DNA from: the human T2T-CHM13v2.0 reference genome, Homo sapiens
Strand: one strand, 5' to 3'
DNA: 64,000 nucleotides
Assembly: GCF_009914755.1 (NCBI RefSeq)
Contig: NC_060931.1
Positions 29,078-43,684 of the stretch are shown here, one piece after another; within the stretch, counting starts at the first letter, position 1; each line of letters starts with the position of its first letter. The notes under the pieces were generated by a model that saw nothing but the letters and a program-made list of their open reading frames with translations, was not told the DNA's origin and searched no databases. A program made the position numbers and the translations under genes.

Positions 29078-29391
29078 GTTAGACTTTTCTGCCTGATCTT
29101 TGGGAAAGTAGTATTCTTAGGCTGGGTAGACCCCATGCCTCTGGGACAGCTAGCCAAGGGTGGGGAATTGAAATTTTAAAGGTAATGCGTGTTTACATTA
29201 GGAGGTGATATTCTTTAACAGAACTCAAATGTCTGAAAACAACTATCTAACACTTTGACCCAGGGAAGAAAGCATGGGATATAAGGGAGAAGTGATAGGT
29301 GAAGTAGAACGTCGCCTGCTCTGTAATGTTTGTGGTAGTAAACACCCCCAATTGAGAAGGTATGTTTTGACTTTTTGTCTTTTTCTTGAAG

Positions 29392-29497
29392 ACTACAGTT
29401 TGAAACAGCAGATGATGAAGATTTCATTTGGGTTCAGGAAAATATTGATGAAATTATTTTACAACTACAGAAATTAACTGGCCAGCAAGGTGAAGAG
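29392..29497 (+). CDS. AKAP9: AKAP9 exon 43 (LQFETADD...QQGEE)
   Basis: tgaag|ACT, GAG|gtaata, 106 nt, phase 2/0. Confidence 0.93.
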
Positions 29498-29789
29498 GTA
29501 ATACTTTTTAAAAGTTATTTCTGAAGCATTGAGAGCAAAGATTTAATAGAAACTGGATAATTTGAAACTTGCAGCATATTCTTTATACTCTTTATAGAGT
29601 TTTATTTGTATCTTTTTATTTATTTTAAATATGAATAATAATGCTTGCTTTCCCCCAAGAGAAGATAATGAAAGCTTAGGGGGGGAATTAGCTTTCATTA
29701 TTGTCATTGAATAATTATGTTGACCTTTTACTGTATGGAGACAAGCTTCCTGAAAGAGTGATCTGGCTTCTATCCTGTCTACTCCATGA

Positions 29790-30920
29790 AACACCCTTAG
29801 ACTCCTACAGTGTCTAAACAATTGACTAGTCTGGTGAATCTTTTCAGTTTATCTCTTGACTTCTTTGTAGCATTTGATACTTTTGACCTGTTTTATTTTC
29901 TTAAAACCCTCTCTTTCCTTGCCTGTCATGTCAGTATTCTAGCATTTCTTCTGCTTCTTTCATCAGTTGCCTTTATGATTCCTCTTCCTACCCTCTTCCT
30001 TCTTTTCTCTAACCTATAACTATGAAAGCTCACACAGTCCGACACCCTGAGCTCTCACTAGACTTATTTATTAAACAAATACTTATATTGAACACTTATT
30101 CTGTGCCAGATAGGTTCTGGAGATACAGTGAACAAATCTGACTAAAACCTCACCCTTATGGAGCTTATCTTTAGTGGACTGTGGTTCTAGTCTAGACTTC
30201 TGTCCTGTGTTCCAGGTTTATATTTTCAATTAGTTACTAAACATTTTTCCCTGGGGAAATGTACCCCATAGTGACCCCTTAGGAACCTCACAGGCACATT
30301 CCAAACTGAACACCATCTTCCCTTTCTACTTCCTGCTCCAGACCCTCATTTCTAGTCATGATATTGCCCAGTTTAGAAAGCTGAAAGTCACCATAGACCA
30401 CTTTCCTTCACCCTTATCTGCACATCTAGACAGTCACTAAATCCTGTCCCTCTTACCTTCTAAATACCTCTCCCACACACCCTTTACTTTCTGTCCCTTA
30501 GTCGTTGCCTCCATTCAGGCTTTCAGCATTTCTTACCTGGCTGTTGAAACAACTTCCTGATAGGTCTACCTGACTCGAAGATTATATCTTCCCTAATTTC
30601 CCCTGCTTTGTACATTACTACCAAAGGAATTTTCCCAACACATAAATTTTGTGTCATATTTTTGCATCAAGCCTTTCGTGACTCTCCATTGCCTACATTT
30701 AGGTCTGTTATTCATAAAGTGAAGCAATCTAGACTTACCAGGCAACCTACAACACCCCGAAAACAATACACACTCGCTCAAGCCTTCGTGCCTTTTGCTT
30801 AATATGCCCTTCCTTATCTTTTCTGCCTGGTAAATATCTACCTATTACTGAATACTCAACTCAAGCACCAATTCATGAATTCTGTTGTTCTCGGTGCCTA
30901 TTCACACTTTATATGCATTA
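29790..30920. mobile_element. L2 fragments
   Basis: ttgaacacttattctgtgccag and cagtcactaaatcctgtc L2-like motifs. Confidence 0.55.
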
Positions 30921-30969
30921 TTCACATCCATTTGTGCTTAAGTGACCTTACACCATTTTATTTTTCCAG

Positions 30970-31152
30970 CCCAGCTTGGTGTCCCCAAGTACTTCTTGTG
31001 GCTCATTGACTGAAAGACTACTGAGACAAAATGCTGAGCTGACAGGGCATATCAGTCAACTGACTGAAGAGAAGAATGACTTAAGGAACATGGTTATGAA
31101 GCTGGAAGAGCAGATCAGGTGGTATCGACAGACAGGAGCTGGTAGAGATAAT
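30970..31152 (+). CDS. AKAP9: AKAP9 exon 44 (PSLVSPST...GAGRDN)
   Basis: tccag|CCC, AAT|gtatgt, 183 nt, phase 0/0. Confidence 0.94.
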
Positions 31153-32138
31153 GTATGTCCATTTTTAGCATCTCCATATATGAGAATTAGTGCATGCTTA
31201 TCATTTCTGCTGTCTAGTTCAAGTTTTAATCCTGTTAATGTAAAACTATCACACACCTGATTCTTAGGATCTGTAGAAAATTTTATAGGGATGACAATAA
31301 TAATATTATTACTAAGTTATAATAATTACTGTTATTTATTGGAAACCATCTCTGTACTCGACTCTGGGTTGTATACATACAGAATCTCTAATCCACATCC
31401 ACCTTATACCTGAGAAAACTGAATTGAAGTCGTAGTCAAACCAAGATACTTGTATCTCCAAAGCCAGATACTTTGCTACCTAGGGACCAACAACAGATAC
31501 ACGAGATGTTCAAATGTGAATCCTGACTGTTCTCTTCATTTAATTATTAGTTATTGTGTTGATGACTCAATTAAAAGGTTCTGTTAAATTACGTCTTTCA
31601 GTCTGAAATTACTCTGAGAATTTACTTAAAATTTTTCCATTTAAAAACAGGTATAAAATTAATTGCTAGTTTCCATAATCACCCAGTATAAAGATAGAAA
31701 AGACCTGTAAGACAACTGTGTGGTTAAATACATGATAACACATTTACGTGCCTTTTATAGAAATCCACTTATTATGTACATACTGGCTTGTTTTTTTCCC
31801 ACTTCTCCAGTACACTATTTCAGGCACAGGCTCAAAATTTGAACCCAAATGGTCTGTTAGGTCTCTTGACTTTTTCAGTTCAAAGCTCTGCTAATCTGCT
31901 AAACCTTCCCTGTGGCCAGGCTTTCTCAAGGACTTTTAGTTGTAAAACTAATGTACTTAGCAAAGGACCATGTACTTAAGAGTTAGTGTATATGCGTAAT
32001 GTCAATTGAGATTGGCTTTGAACTTTGTCTGGGTGGGGTTAGAAAGTTGAGACTGCATCATCATGCAGATATCTTTTTAATATGTTTAGCTCAGACTTTT
32101 CTTCAGAGACTTGTGTAAGTAGGCTGTGGTCTTTGCAG

Positions 32139-32339
32139 TCTTCCAGGTTTTCATTGAATGGTGGTGCCAACATTGAAGCCATCATTGCCTCTGAAAAAGA
32201 AGTATGGAACAGAGAAAAATTGACTCTCCAGAAATCTTTGAAAAGGGCAGAGGCTGAAGTATACAAACTGAAAGCTGAACTAAGAAATGACTCTTTACTT
32301 CAAACTCTGAGCCCTGATTCTGAACATGTCACTTTAAAG
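32139..32339 (+). CDS. AKAP9: AKAP9 exon 45 (SSRFSLNG...HVTLK)
   Basis: tgcag|TCT, AAG|gtagga, 201 nt, phase 0/0. Confidence 0.93.
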
Positions 32340-32437
32340 GTAGGAGACATCTCCCATCTAAACATCACAGCTGGTTCTATGTTTTTGCCTTCTTTCATCT
32401 CTCACTGACCTTAAATAAACAGTCTAAAGAAATTTAG

Positions 32438-32735
32438 GGCCTGGCACAGTGGTTCACGCCTATAGTCCCAGCACTTTGGGAGGCCGAGATGGGCAGATCA
32501 CGAGGTCAGGAGATCAAGACCATCCTGGCTAACACGGTGAAACCCCGTCTCTACTAAAAATACAAAAACAAAAAATTAGCTGGGCGTGGTGGCGGGTGCC
32601 TGTAGTCCCAGCTACTGTCCCAGGCAGGAGAATCGCTTGAACCCAGGAAGCGGAGGTTGCAGTGAGCCGAGATCGCGCCACTGCACTCCAGCCTGGGCCA
32701 CAGAGTGAGACTCCGTCTCAAAAAAAAAAAAAAAA
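32438..32735 (+). mobile_element. AluSc/Y-like, 98 nt downstream of AKAP9 exon 45
   Basis: Full dimer with a small right-arm rearrangement. Confidence 0.9.
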
Positions 32736-33156
32736 TGTAGATAGTATTCAGGTTTTGTCTCTAGGTCTTTTTATTCAGTCTTTGTCATGAATGCAGGTCA
32801 CAGAGGTTTCTGGAAAGGCATGCCCAGGACTGGGACCAGATTAACCTTTATTAATGGTCACAGTGGCAGCCTGGGCTCATGGTTCCACTTTCCCTGGTTT
32901 CATCCCTAATAGACCAAAAGAATGGTATCTTTTCAACTCCTAACAAAAGCTCTACTATTGTCAATGTAAGAACATCATACTCTGTAAAATGGTAAGCCCT
33001 CTGAAAAGCCTCTCTGGTGACTAATAATGAATGTTGTTAAAACTACCTTAATCAGTCAACATAAAATTCAAAACAAAAAGAAAAACTTTTGGAACATTTA
33101 TTCCAGTTTATGACTCTGAAGGGATAGAAAACATTAACATTTAAAAAGTTAGATTA

Positions 33157-33524
<368 letters not shown>

Positions 33525-33731
33525 TTAAAAAAAAAATTGGGATGACAAAAATATTTGCAATTAATATGATTAATGAGGGCTAAAACCTAAAAGAAACAAG
33601 AAGCCTAACTATAATATTAGTATTCAGACTCCATTGACTAATAGAGGCAAAAGTGTAAAGGTTAATTTATCTGAAATTTCAACTTTGCTGATAAAGTAGA
33701 AAACAGTGATAGGAACCTGCCGTTTTACTAT

Positions 33732-33782
<51 letters not shown>

Positions 33783-33791
33783 CACCACTAC
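33732..33791. repeat. Compound microsatellite (TAC)14(CAC)5TAC
   Basis: Read directly from sequence. Confidence 0.95.
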
Positions 33792-33876
33792 TTGTTAAAA
33801 TCTAGGTTATTTTCCCCTAGAGAGCAGGGTGAATGTTTTCTTAATGTCTTTACATTCTTCTCTTCCCTAAATATAG

Positions 33877-34109
33877 AGAATTTATGGTAAATACTTGAGG
33901 GCAGAAAGTTTTCGAAAGGCTCTCATTTACCAGAAGAAATACCTGCTGCTGTTACTGGGTGGGTTCCAGGAATGTGAAGATGCCACCTTGGCCCTGCTTG
34001 CCCGGATGGGGGGGCAGCCAGCTTTCACGGATCTAGAGGTGATCACCAATCGCCCAAAGGGCTTCACCAGGTTTCGGTCGGCCGTCAGAGTATCCATTGC
34101 AATTTCCAG
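33877..34109 (+). CDS. AKAP9: AKAP9 exon 46, core of the PACT centrosome-targeting domain (RIYGKYLRAESFRKALIYQKKYLL...AISR)
   Basis: tatag|AGA, CAG|gtaaag, 233 nt; PACT signature YLRAESFRKAL.YQK.YL. Confidence 0.97.
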
Positions 34110-34391
34110 GTAAAGACTTGAAGGAAAATGCATTTTACTAGTAGACTCTCTAAAAGGATTAGTTATTTTTAATTCTCCCTCTATTCTCTGCTGGTTATAC
34201 TCTATATTTATATAGTAGGAGGTATGTGCCATCACTGAAGCATGTCTGCTTTTTTTTTCTAGGTTTTCATTCATTTAGCAGGAATACTGGCAGGGTATGT
34301 GTAAACTATGAAAAGGGCCTTCCTAGGTCCAGGCAGCTGGTGACTCAGAGCTGGCCTATCCAATCACGGCTGCCTTTTAGAAAACAATCTG

Positions 34392-35068
<677 letters not shown>

Positions 35069-35424
35069 TTACTTCTTAGGCTGGCGTACATTCATTTTCT
35101 TCATTGCTAAGATAACCCACTTTTGGTGCCCAGTTATGGAAGGTCCTTTCCTAACTGCATTCAAATCAGAGGTTAGCCTTTAAGGCATTGGATTTTTGCT
35201 TTTTGCTAGTGCTTTTATTGTTCTTTCTCTAGTAATTCCAAGCAAAGAACTCTGGTATTCATTCTGTCTGTGATTGACATGGAGCCAAGACTCAAACTAC
35301 TTTGAGGACCTGGCCCACTACAGTCTTCTGACCTGGTTATACGCATACAAACACCAAGGCTTCTCCATGCATCCCCCTCCCTTTTAGGAGGCAGACAGAA
35401 TCTTAAAGGAATTTTGCTTTTTAA

Positions 35425-35771
<347 letters not shown>

Positions 35772-36959
35772 TATTTTTCTCTAAAAATATGGCACAGTTT
35801 TTTAATTGGAAGCTGTCTGAGATCACCTAGTCCAGAATCTCATTTCACACTTGAGGAAACTGAGGCAGGGAGCGGTTACAAAGCCAGTAGTGATAGAGCT
35901 AGGACAACCAGCCCAGTCTCCCAAGTCTCATTCATGCTGGCTCTGGAAACAGGAGCACAAGTTTTATCTTAACTGTGGGCCTTAGACCCTCCTTGCTTCT
36001 GATATTCCATATTGTAGTCTCCTGGTTTCATTTACTCTTCCTCACCTTTCATTTCCTTCATCACCTTGTATAGAGTAAACCAGGGTAAGTGCTGGTAGAT
36101 GCATTGATGAAAAAATATATAATCCTGCCTAAATACCTAAAGGCAGCTCACTTTCTAGTGGGGAAGACTAATATGCACAGAACTTAGAATATAATAAGTA
36201 AATGGGAGGTCACAGGAGTTAGCTAGTAATTTTGATTAGAGGGATCTAGAGAGGCTTCATGAGAGCGGTGTAGAAGTTGTTATTGACATACTTCACTCTG
36301 CCCCACTTTTTCTTATCCAAGATTATGTTTATCATATTTTGACCCTCCTAAGATGGAGCCTTGGAACTGATTCAAAGTAAATCAAAACTGGTGCTCCAAA
36401 AGCTCCTTGGGCCAAGATGGGGAAGAAGGTCGTAACTTGCTGCACCTGGGTCATGAAGCTAACACTCCCATTCCTTTTGAAACCAACGTTTTTTTGTCCC
36501 TGATCAAAGGGACAAGAGCTTCACCCACCTTGCAGCATTCCCAGCACATTCTTATTGCCAATTTAAGGGTCTTTTTGTTCTCTTCTTATCTCATCTGCCC
36601 TTTATTCTCTGTTCTTTTCTCTTTTCATTACTTCTCACCCTTTCTTTGCCTATCTGCTTTTCCCATCTACTTTTGCCTTCCATCTCCTTATACCCCATTT
36701 ATCCCTCAAGCTGGAACCTGATGCTGGCAATATAAGAGACCTCTAATGCCTCTTGGGAAGGGGATGAGGGGATTTTGAGTCCCTATTCTTCCGTTCCAGT
36801 TGATTTTGTCACAACAGGCATTGACATAGTTTAACTGGGCAATTGTGAAATTTGACATTTGTTCTATGTTCATATTTAAACGTGTGATGTGATTTTTGTA
36901 GGAAATGTATATACTGTTTATAGATGGGCTGTGAAATTTTATCTTGGAATCTTTTTTAG

Positions 36960-37045
36960 AATGAAATTTTTGGTTCGACGGTGGCATCGAGTCACAGGTT
37001 CTGTTTCCATCAATATTAACAGAGATGGCTTTGGACTGAATCAAG
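36960..37045 (+). CDS. AKAP9: AKAP9 exon 47, end of PACT (MKFLVRRWHRV...GLNQ)
   Basis: tttag|AAT, AAG|gtgaag, 86 nt, phase 2/1. Confidence 0.94.
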
Positions 37046-37091
37046 GTGAAGTCAAAATAGCATATTTTCTTATGTTTATGACTCTCTAAAT

Positions 37092-37425
37092 CAGAGGTCC
37101 CCCACCCCCAGACTATGGACCATACTTGTCTGTGGCCTGTTAGGAACCAGGCCGCACAGCAGCAGGTGAGCAGCGGGCATTACTGCCCGAGCTCCACCTC
37201 CTGTCAGATCAGCCGTGGCATTAGATTCTCATAGGAGCACAAATCCTATTGTGAACTGCACATGTGAGGAATCTAGGTTGTGTGCTCCTTATGAGAATCT
37301 AACTAATGCCTGATTATCTGGGGTGGAACAGTTTCATCCAGAAACCATTCTGGCCCCTTTGGGTCCATGGAAAAATTGTCTTCCATGAAATGTGTCCCTG
37401 GTGCCAAAAAGGTTGGGGACTGCTG
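37092..37425 (+). mobile_element. MER1B hAT-Charlie element
   Basis: cagaggtcccc...ggttggggactgctg termini; 8-bp TSD ctct(a/g)aat. Confidence 0.85.
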
Positions 37426-37544
37426 CTCTGAATTACTGCATGTGTAATACTTACCAAGTAATGAATTCTGGAAGCAATGTTTTCCAAAGACAAAGCCCTT
37501 ATAACTGCCAAAACTAGGTAACTTCACTGTTTTAAAGAGGGTAA

Positions 37545-37775
37545 TAATAACTGATTTTCATGGAGAACTTAGTCTGCACCTGGCCATGCTCTTTTCATGT
37601 ATTCTCCCAATCCTATGATATAAGTACAGTTTTACTACTCTCACTTTTAGATGAAAAATCGAGGCATGGAAAACACAAGTCATTTGCCCCAGAATGGCCA
37701 GTAGGGAAGTGATGGAACCAGGACCAAACACTGGCAGTCTGGGTCCAGAGCCCACACTCTTCATAACTGCATTTA
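37545..37775. mobile_element. MIR relic
   Basis: cacttttagatgaaaaatcgaggc...gtcatttgcccc core. Confidence 0.6.
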
Positions 37776-38574
37776 AGGCACGGTTCAAGACAGGATTGCT
37801 GTTAGTCATATGGAAGAATTAGGAAGTTTTCATAATTTAACAATATTCAAACAAGTTTCTGAGTTTACCAACAGGTTGTATAATAATGGTAACAGCTAAA
37901 ATTCCTTCTGTCTACACCTAGAAGTGGAAACAAACTAGGGCTTGAACATTTCTGGCAATAAAGGTGAGGTCCGAATCTGGGGAGCACACAGAGGACACAG
38001 CATCCCTGTGCTGTGTATTCATAGTAAACCACCTTTACATACTCTACCAGGAGCTGAGCATCCTACAGAGGGGAAATAGATTTGGTACCCTACACAAAGT
38101 ATTTTGAAATATCATTACACTGAAACAGCTGAAATTTGTACCATAATAAGTTGTGTTTTATTAAAAGTTAGCAAATCTTGGTTTCAAGTCAGTAGATTGG
38201 AATGGTTACATTGGTCTAATATTTTTTATCCACATCATTTCCCACAAGCCACACCCACTCAGACACCCCTCACCTCTCATCTACTTAGAGCTAAGGTCTT
38301 TAAAGAAGAAAATATGCCAATTAAATAATTTTCTTTGAGACATAATTCCAGATATCAGAAATACTCATATTCAAAAGTAAACAAAATAACATTTGAAAGC
38401 CGAATTTTTGTTTGTACTGTTTTCTCCTTTAGCAAGAATAATAGAAAATGACTATAAATAGGAGATTGTATAATATAGTATAATAGTCTTTTGAGCAGTT
38501 ACCTATTTTGTAGAAATTTTTTAAGGTCTTGGGATTTTATTTTTCTTTACAAGGAATATTTTGGGTTACTTTAG

Positions 38575-38704
38575 GTGCAGAAAAGACTGACTCATTTTAT
38601 CATTCTTCTGGTGGGCTGGAGTTATATGGAGAACCAAGACATACTACGTATCGCTCAAGATCAGATCTGGACTATATTAGGTCCCCTTTACCATTTCAGA
38701 ATAG
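38575..38704 (+). CDS. AKAP9: AKAP9 exon 48 (GAEKTDSF...PFQNR)
   Basis: tttag|GTG, TAG|gtaaga, 130 nt, phase 1/2. Confidence 0.93.
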
Positions 38705-38836
38705 GTAAGAATATGAGAAAACCTGCCTGGAATTGTTAAATGTATTAATATTTAACAGAGATAAATGGACATTTTTAGGGCTTTGACTTCTTTGCATTGA
38801 GATAGACATCTTTGTTATATATAATTTACATAATAT

Positions 38837-39432
<596 letters not shown>

Positions 39433-39774
39433 CTATGGTTAGATATTGGGAAAAGTATTGACTAAAATTGATACTCTGATCATTATGAAAAGCTTAACAG
39501 TCTTCATGACAAGATACATTTATACATACCCAATTTATTGAGACCTCTGCCACAAGCATTGTATTGGACATTCTTATGTTGACTTAGTAGCATCTTTGAA
39601 TTCATTGGAGAGTTGTCTCTTTCTCATCCCAAGCTCCAAAGCTGAAGCTTGGAGGAGATACATTATGTGTGTACAAGTGACCCACCTTTTTGGGGAAGGG
39701 AGTGGAGGCAGGTTGGTAACTTATATGCATATTTCTGGATAACTTGATTCATGTACATATTTTTAATCCTTTAG

Positions 39775-39914
39775 GTACCCAGGCACTCCAGCTGATTTCA
39801 ATCCTGGTTCTTTAGCATGTTCTCAGCTTCAGAATTACGATCCTGACAGAGCCCTAACAGATTATATCACTCGGCTAGAGGCACTGCAAAGACGACTTGG
39901 AACTATACAGTCAG
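39775..39914 (+). CDS. AKAP9: AKAP9 exon 49 (YPGTPADF...GTIQS)
   Basis: tttag|GTA, CAG|gtgctc, 140 nt, phase 2/1. Confidence 0.93.
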
Positions 39915-40280
39915 GTGCTCTGAGTTTAACCACATCTTGGCAGCACCACAGTGCGAGACCCACAGCTCCCCTTTCTTTGAAATTCTTTCACACTCATTAG
40001 GATAATCAAAGCTTCCAGTTTAGTGCATGAGCTAATTATTAAGTTAGCCAAAGCTTAAACTCTTGTAACCAGCAGAGAAACTGACTTTAAATAATTTAAG
40101 TGAAAATATGATTTATCACCCCAGATCCCACTCCTCCCAAAAATGATTTCCTACTATGTTCATTCAGCGGACTGATGACACAAAATGCACAATGAGCACC
40201 AGTGTGCAAGGTACTCTGAGTCTACAGAGCCTAACTGGAGAACGTATTCCTAAGTAGCGCATGGCAGAAAGTGGTAAGGC

Positions 40281-40345
40281 CGTGCCGCAGCACTCCAGCC
40301 TGGGCAGCAGAGCGAGACCCTGTCTCAAAGAAAAAAAAAAAAAAA
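40281..40345 (+). mobile_element. Severely 5'-truncated Alu (3' end and A tail)
   Basis: Perfect 15-bp TSD agaaagtggtaaggc at 40266-40280 and 40346-40360. Confidence 0.85.
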
Positions 40346-40936
40346 AGAAAGTGGTAAGGCATGCAAATCGGGTGGAGTTAAGGAGGAAGCACTTACTTTA
40401 AGCACTTAATGTAACCATTATCCCTGCTACTATATTGTGCTTTTATGTATCATCGAAAAAAACTATCCCATTTAAAATACTTTGTAAGGATTATTTTTTC
40501 TTTGTTCAAAAACAAAAAACAAGTCATACTTTAAAATAAAGGTGGATTCCCTGTTCATGGAAGGAAAACCTCTTTTCCCTATCTCACTTCAGTTCACTCC
40601 TGATTCAGAGACTTTGAATCATTGAGTAGTTTATCTCTTCCTTCAAGAAATCATTTGTTTACACCCAAGCATCTTGTAGTAATAGGAAACTTTTATTATC
40701 ATAGCTGAGTTTGTTGGTTTGCCTAGGCTTGTTTTGTTTTGAGCATCCAAATTTCACAAGACCCAGATTTTGAAGACCAAAAGATTTTTCAAAAATGTAT
40801 GAGGTATAGAACATCCAACTTTGAGAGCACTTTAAAAAAACTCTAAATATTAGTCTCACCTACCTTGCCATAGAGCCAGTCATGGTGATTTTTACATATA
40901 TATTCAAAATCTCTTAAAAGTCAGCTTAAGTATATG

Positions 40937-41231
40937 GGCTGGGCGCGGTGGCTCATGCCTGTAATCCCAGCACTTTGGGCGGCCGAGGCAGGCGGATCAC
41001 TAGGTCAGGAGTTCAAGACCAACCAGTTCGAGACTAGCCTGGCCAACATGGTGAAACCCCGTCTCCACTAAAAATACAAAAATTTGCTGGACATGGTGGC
41101 ATGTGTGGATAGTCCCAGCTACTCAGGAGGCTGAGGCAGGAGAATCACTTGAACCCAGGAGGCGGGGGTTGCAGTGAGCCAAGATCACACCACTGAATTC
41201 CAGCCTGGGCAACAGAGTAACACTCCACCTT
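40937..41231 (+). mobile_element. AluS with duplicated B-box and no A tail
   Basis: Full dimer followed by a G-rich tract; TSD-like tcag(c/t)ttaagtat. Confidence 0.88.
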
Positions 41232-41402
41232 GGGGGTAGTGGGGAGAGACTCAGTTTAAGTATGAAGAGGACATTTTAAGGAAAAAAAGGGCTTTAAAAA
41301 AATGGAGAATAATAATAATTTCCTTTGTGTGAACTCTGGTGGGTCTGATACAGGTAGCAATGTAATTTGAAATCAGTTGAATTTCCTGTTTTTCTCTCAT
41401 AG

Positions 41403-41440
41403 GTTCAACTACTCAATTTCATGCTGGCATGAGAAGATAA
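41403..41440 (+). CDS. AKAP9: AKAP9 terminal exon 50, coding part (GSTTQFHAGMRR*)
   Basis: catag|GTT acceptor, TAA at 41438-41440. Confidence 0.94.
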
Positions 41441-41924
41441 TCCTTTGAAACATCATTAATTGAAGTGATTTTAAATAGATTTCCTTTTGTAAATCAATGG
41501 TTCTTTTGTGCTTTTGTATTGTGAATATTCAATGGGACCAATATGAACACAGCTTATGATTGTATACAAATCCCTTGCCAGCACATGAAAACAAACTGGA
41601 ATTTGTATATATAAGCATTGTGTATGTATTCATGCACAATAATTATTGAATTACCTGTATATTTGTGGAATGCTAATTTAAAACATTAAATTATAAACCT
41701 TGTGTATTTATCAAATGGGTGAAAAGATTAAACTTTTACGCATTACAATACTGCTGAATGTGTAGCTCGAGGTGTCCTGCACTTTTCTTATAAGGCTACT
41801 GAAGTTACATGTTTTGCCTAATATATTCTACTGGTGATGAAGACAGATAATATCACTTGTAGAGACCTATTTTTGTATAATGGTAGAAGTTTTGAATTTT
41901 ATGGGGTATTTTGTCAAGTACTGA

Positions 41925-41930
41925 AATAAA
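41925..41930 (+). terminator. AKAP9: AKAP9 poly(A) signal AATAAA (cleavage about 41950)
   Basis: AATAAA about 490 nt after the stop, several upstream TGTA elements, downstream CA and T-rich tract. Confidence 0.8.
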
Positions 41931-42534
41931 AATGACTTCACCATTTTCACCACACTGTATTTGAACCTTCTTCATTTTTAACTGAGCCATAGTTCTTGGT
42001 ACATAGCATCTCATTACTTATGTCAAATATGTAGGAGTGAGAGATTCAGAGAAAGTTGTCCTAATCTTAGAGTTAATACTGTTGAAAGTTTTCCATGTGT
42101 CTTTGTATCAACTTTACATCTACATAGTGTTTTTTAAAAGCTATATTGGTATTTCATGATTAATCAGTATTTACTATATTACAGTTAGTGTTACTTGTTT
42201 CCAAAGATGTGTTCTCACAAATCCATGGCCCACTAAAAAGATGAAGAAATCATTAACTCAAAAGATCTTAATCACATTGCAGCCGAATTAAACAGTATCC
42301 CTGTTGTCCAAGCCAAATTCAGACTGGGAGGCTCTCACAGAGATAATACAGATCGCAATGTTATTTCTCATCTGGAGTCCTCCTCAATAACATGGCAACT
42401 CACTAAAACAGCAAGAGGACTAGTATTTGATGCTTACACCTGGAGGATTTTGTCTTATTATTTGATGTTCCATGATTTATACCAACACAAACAGGCATGG
42501 TAGAAAGTTGTACATGCTTGAACATTTCTAATTT

Positions 42535-42830
42535 CAGTCATCCCTCGGCATGTGTGGGGGATTAGTTCCAGGATCCCCCTTGGATATTACAGTCCGCGAA
42601 TGCTTAAGTCTCTTATAAAACAATGTGCTATTTGCAGATAGTCTACATACATCCTCCTGTGTACTTCAAATCATCTCCAGATTATTTGATACCTAATACA
42701 ATGTGAACATTATGTAAATAGTTGCTAATACTGTATTTTTTTATTGTGGGGTTTTATTTTTAGTATTTTGAACCTGCAGTTGGTTGAATCAGAGGATACA
42801 GAACCCACAAATAAAAGGAGCCAACTATAC
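42535..42830. mobile_element. MER2 (TcMar-Tigger) in the intergenic gap
   Basis: cagtcatccctcgg...gggattagttccaggatcccc start; gagccaactata end. Confidence 0.75.
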
Positions 42831-43184
42831 TTAAATTTTCCACATTAGAAGCTGGGTTCCAATAAGAGGAATTCTAAAAATAGCAAACGTACTCTAAAGC
42901 AGTTAGTTGAAGGGGCAGGTTGTGGGTAAAAACCTTTTTCAGCTAGCATGGCTTGCCATTCAAGGCTATTCTGCTCTAAGAGACAGTGGAGAAAAAAACA
43001 GATGGACAAATGATCTGATCAAGCTGAGTTCAGTGCCATTGTTTGACCACCACGCCTCCTTATGATAGTAGGCCTCTGCAATCACACTTGTTTATGCATC
43101 TCAATAATTAATTAGTCTGTGATTAAAAATGAAATCTGTTAAGAAGTCTAAAACTATTCACTAAACATTAGACTAGCCTTATCT

Positions 43185-43385
43185 CGGGGTCGTAACTAGA
43201 TACTTCAAGAAATCTGTAACATCTGTAATATGAAAATATCTGAGATTTCTATTGACAAAATCATGGATACTGCTAATAAAATGCTGCCCAAATTCATAAT
43301 TGAAATAAATACTAAATTGCAGTTAGAAATTATTAGTGCAAATAAAGATGTAATTTTTCCCCACCCAAGTTCCTGGATTCCCTAA
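43185..43385. mobile_element. hAT-Charlie-like relic
   Basis: attcataattgaa...aaataaagatgtaatttttcccc motif. Confidence 0.45.
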
Positions 43386-43449
43386 CTCTGCTCACTGAAG
43401 CACATATTTTACAATTCATGAATACAGACTGTATTTTTTCAAAGAGAAT

Positions 43450-43455
43450 TTTAAT
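43450..43455 (-). terminator. CYP51A1: Candidate distal CYP51A1 poly(A) signal ATTAAA
   Basis: tttaat on + strand about 1.5 kb past the stop; fits the UTR length I recall. Confidence 0.55.
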
Positions 43456-43678
43456 CTGAAAAATTAGCAGAGATTCTGCCTTCACAATTAGAGTTTAACA
43501 TGAGTCTTCCAGTGTTTTAAAAAGAACTGTAATATACATAAAGCAAAATATTTTGGCATCACCTAGTGAAAACAGACGATGTGGTATTTTTTCAGCCATC
43601 TCATATAGTTAGGCCCCGAGTTACAATTTGAGATAAGTTGATTCCTAAACAGAATGTGCTTTACAGAATGTGACCAAT

Positions 43679-43684
43679 TTTATT
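43679..43684 (-). terminator. CYP51A1: Candidate middle CYP51A1 poly(A) signal AATAAA
   Basis: tttatt on + strand, distal to the UTR Alu. Confidence 0.5.

Noticed and set aside
32090-32138. Consensus donor TGT|gtaagt at 32114 with upstream AGs, suggesting a microexon
   Set aside because: Only 24 nt remain to the exon 45 acceptor, too short for an intron.
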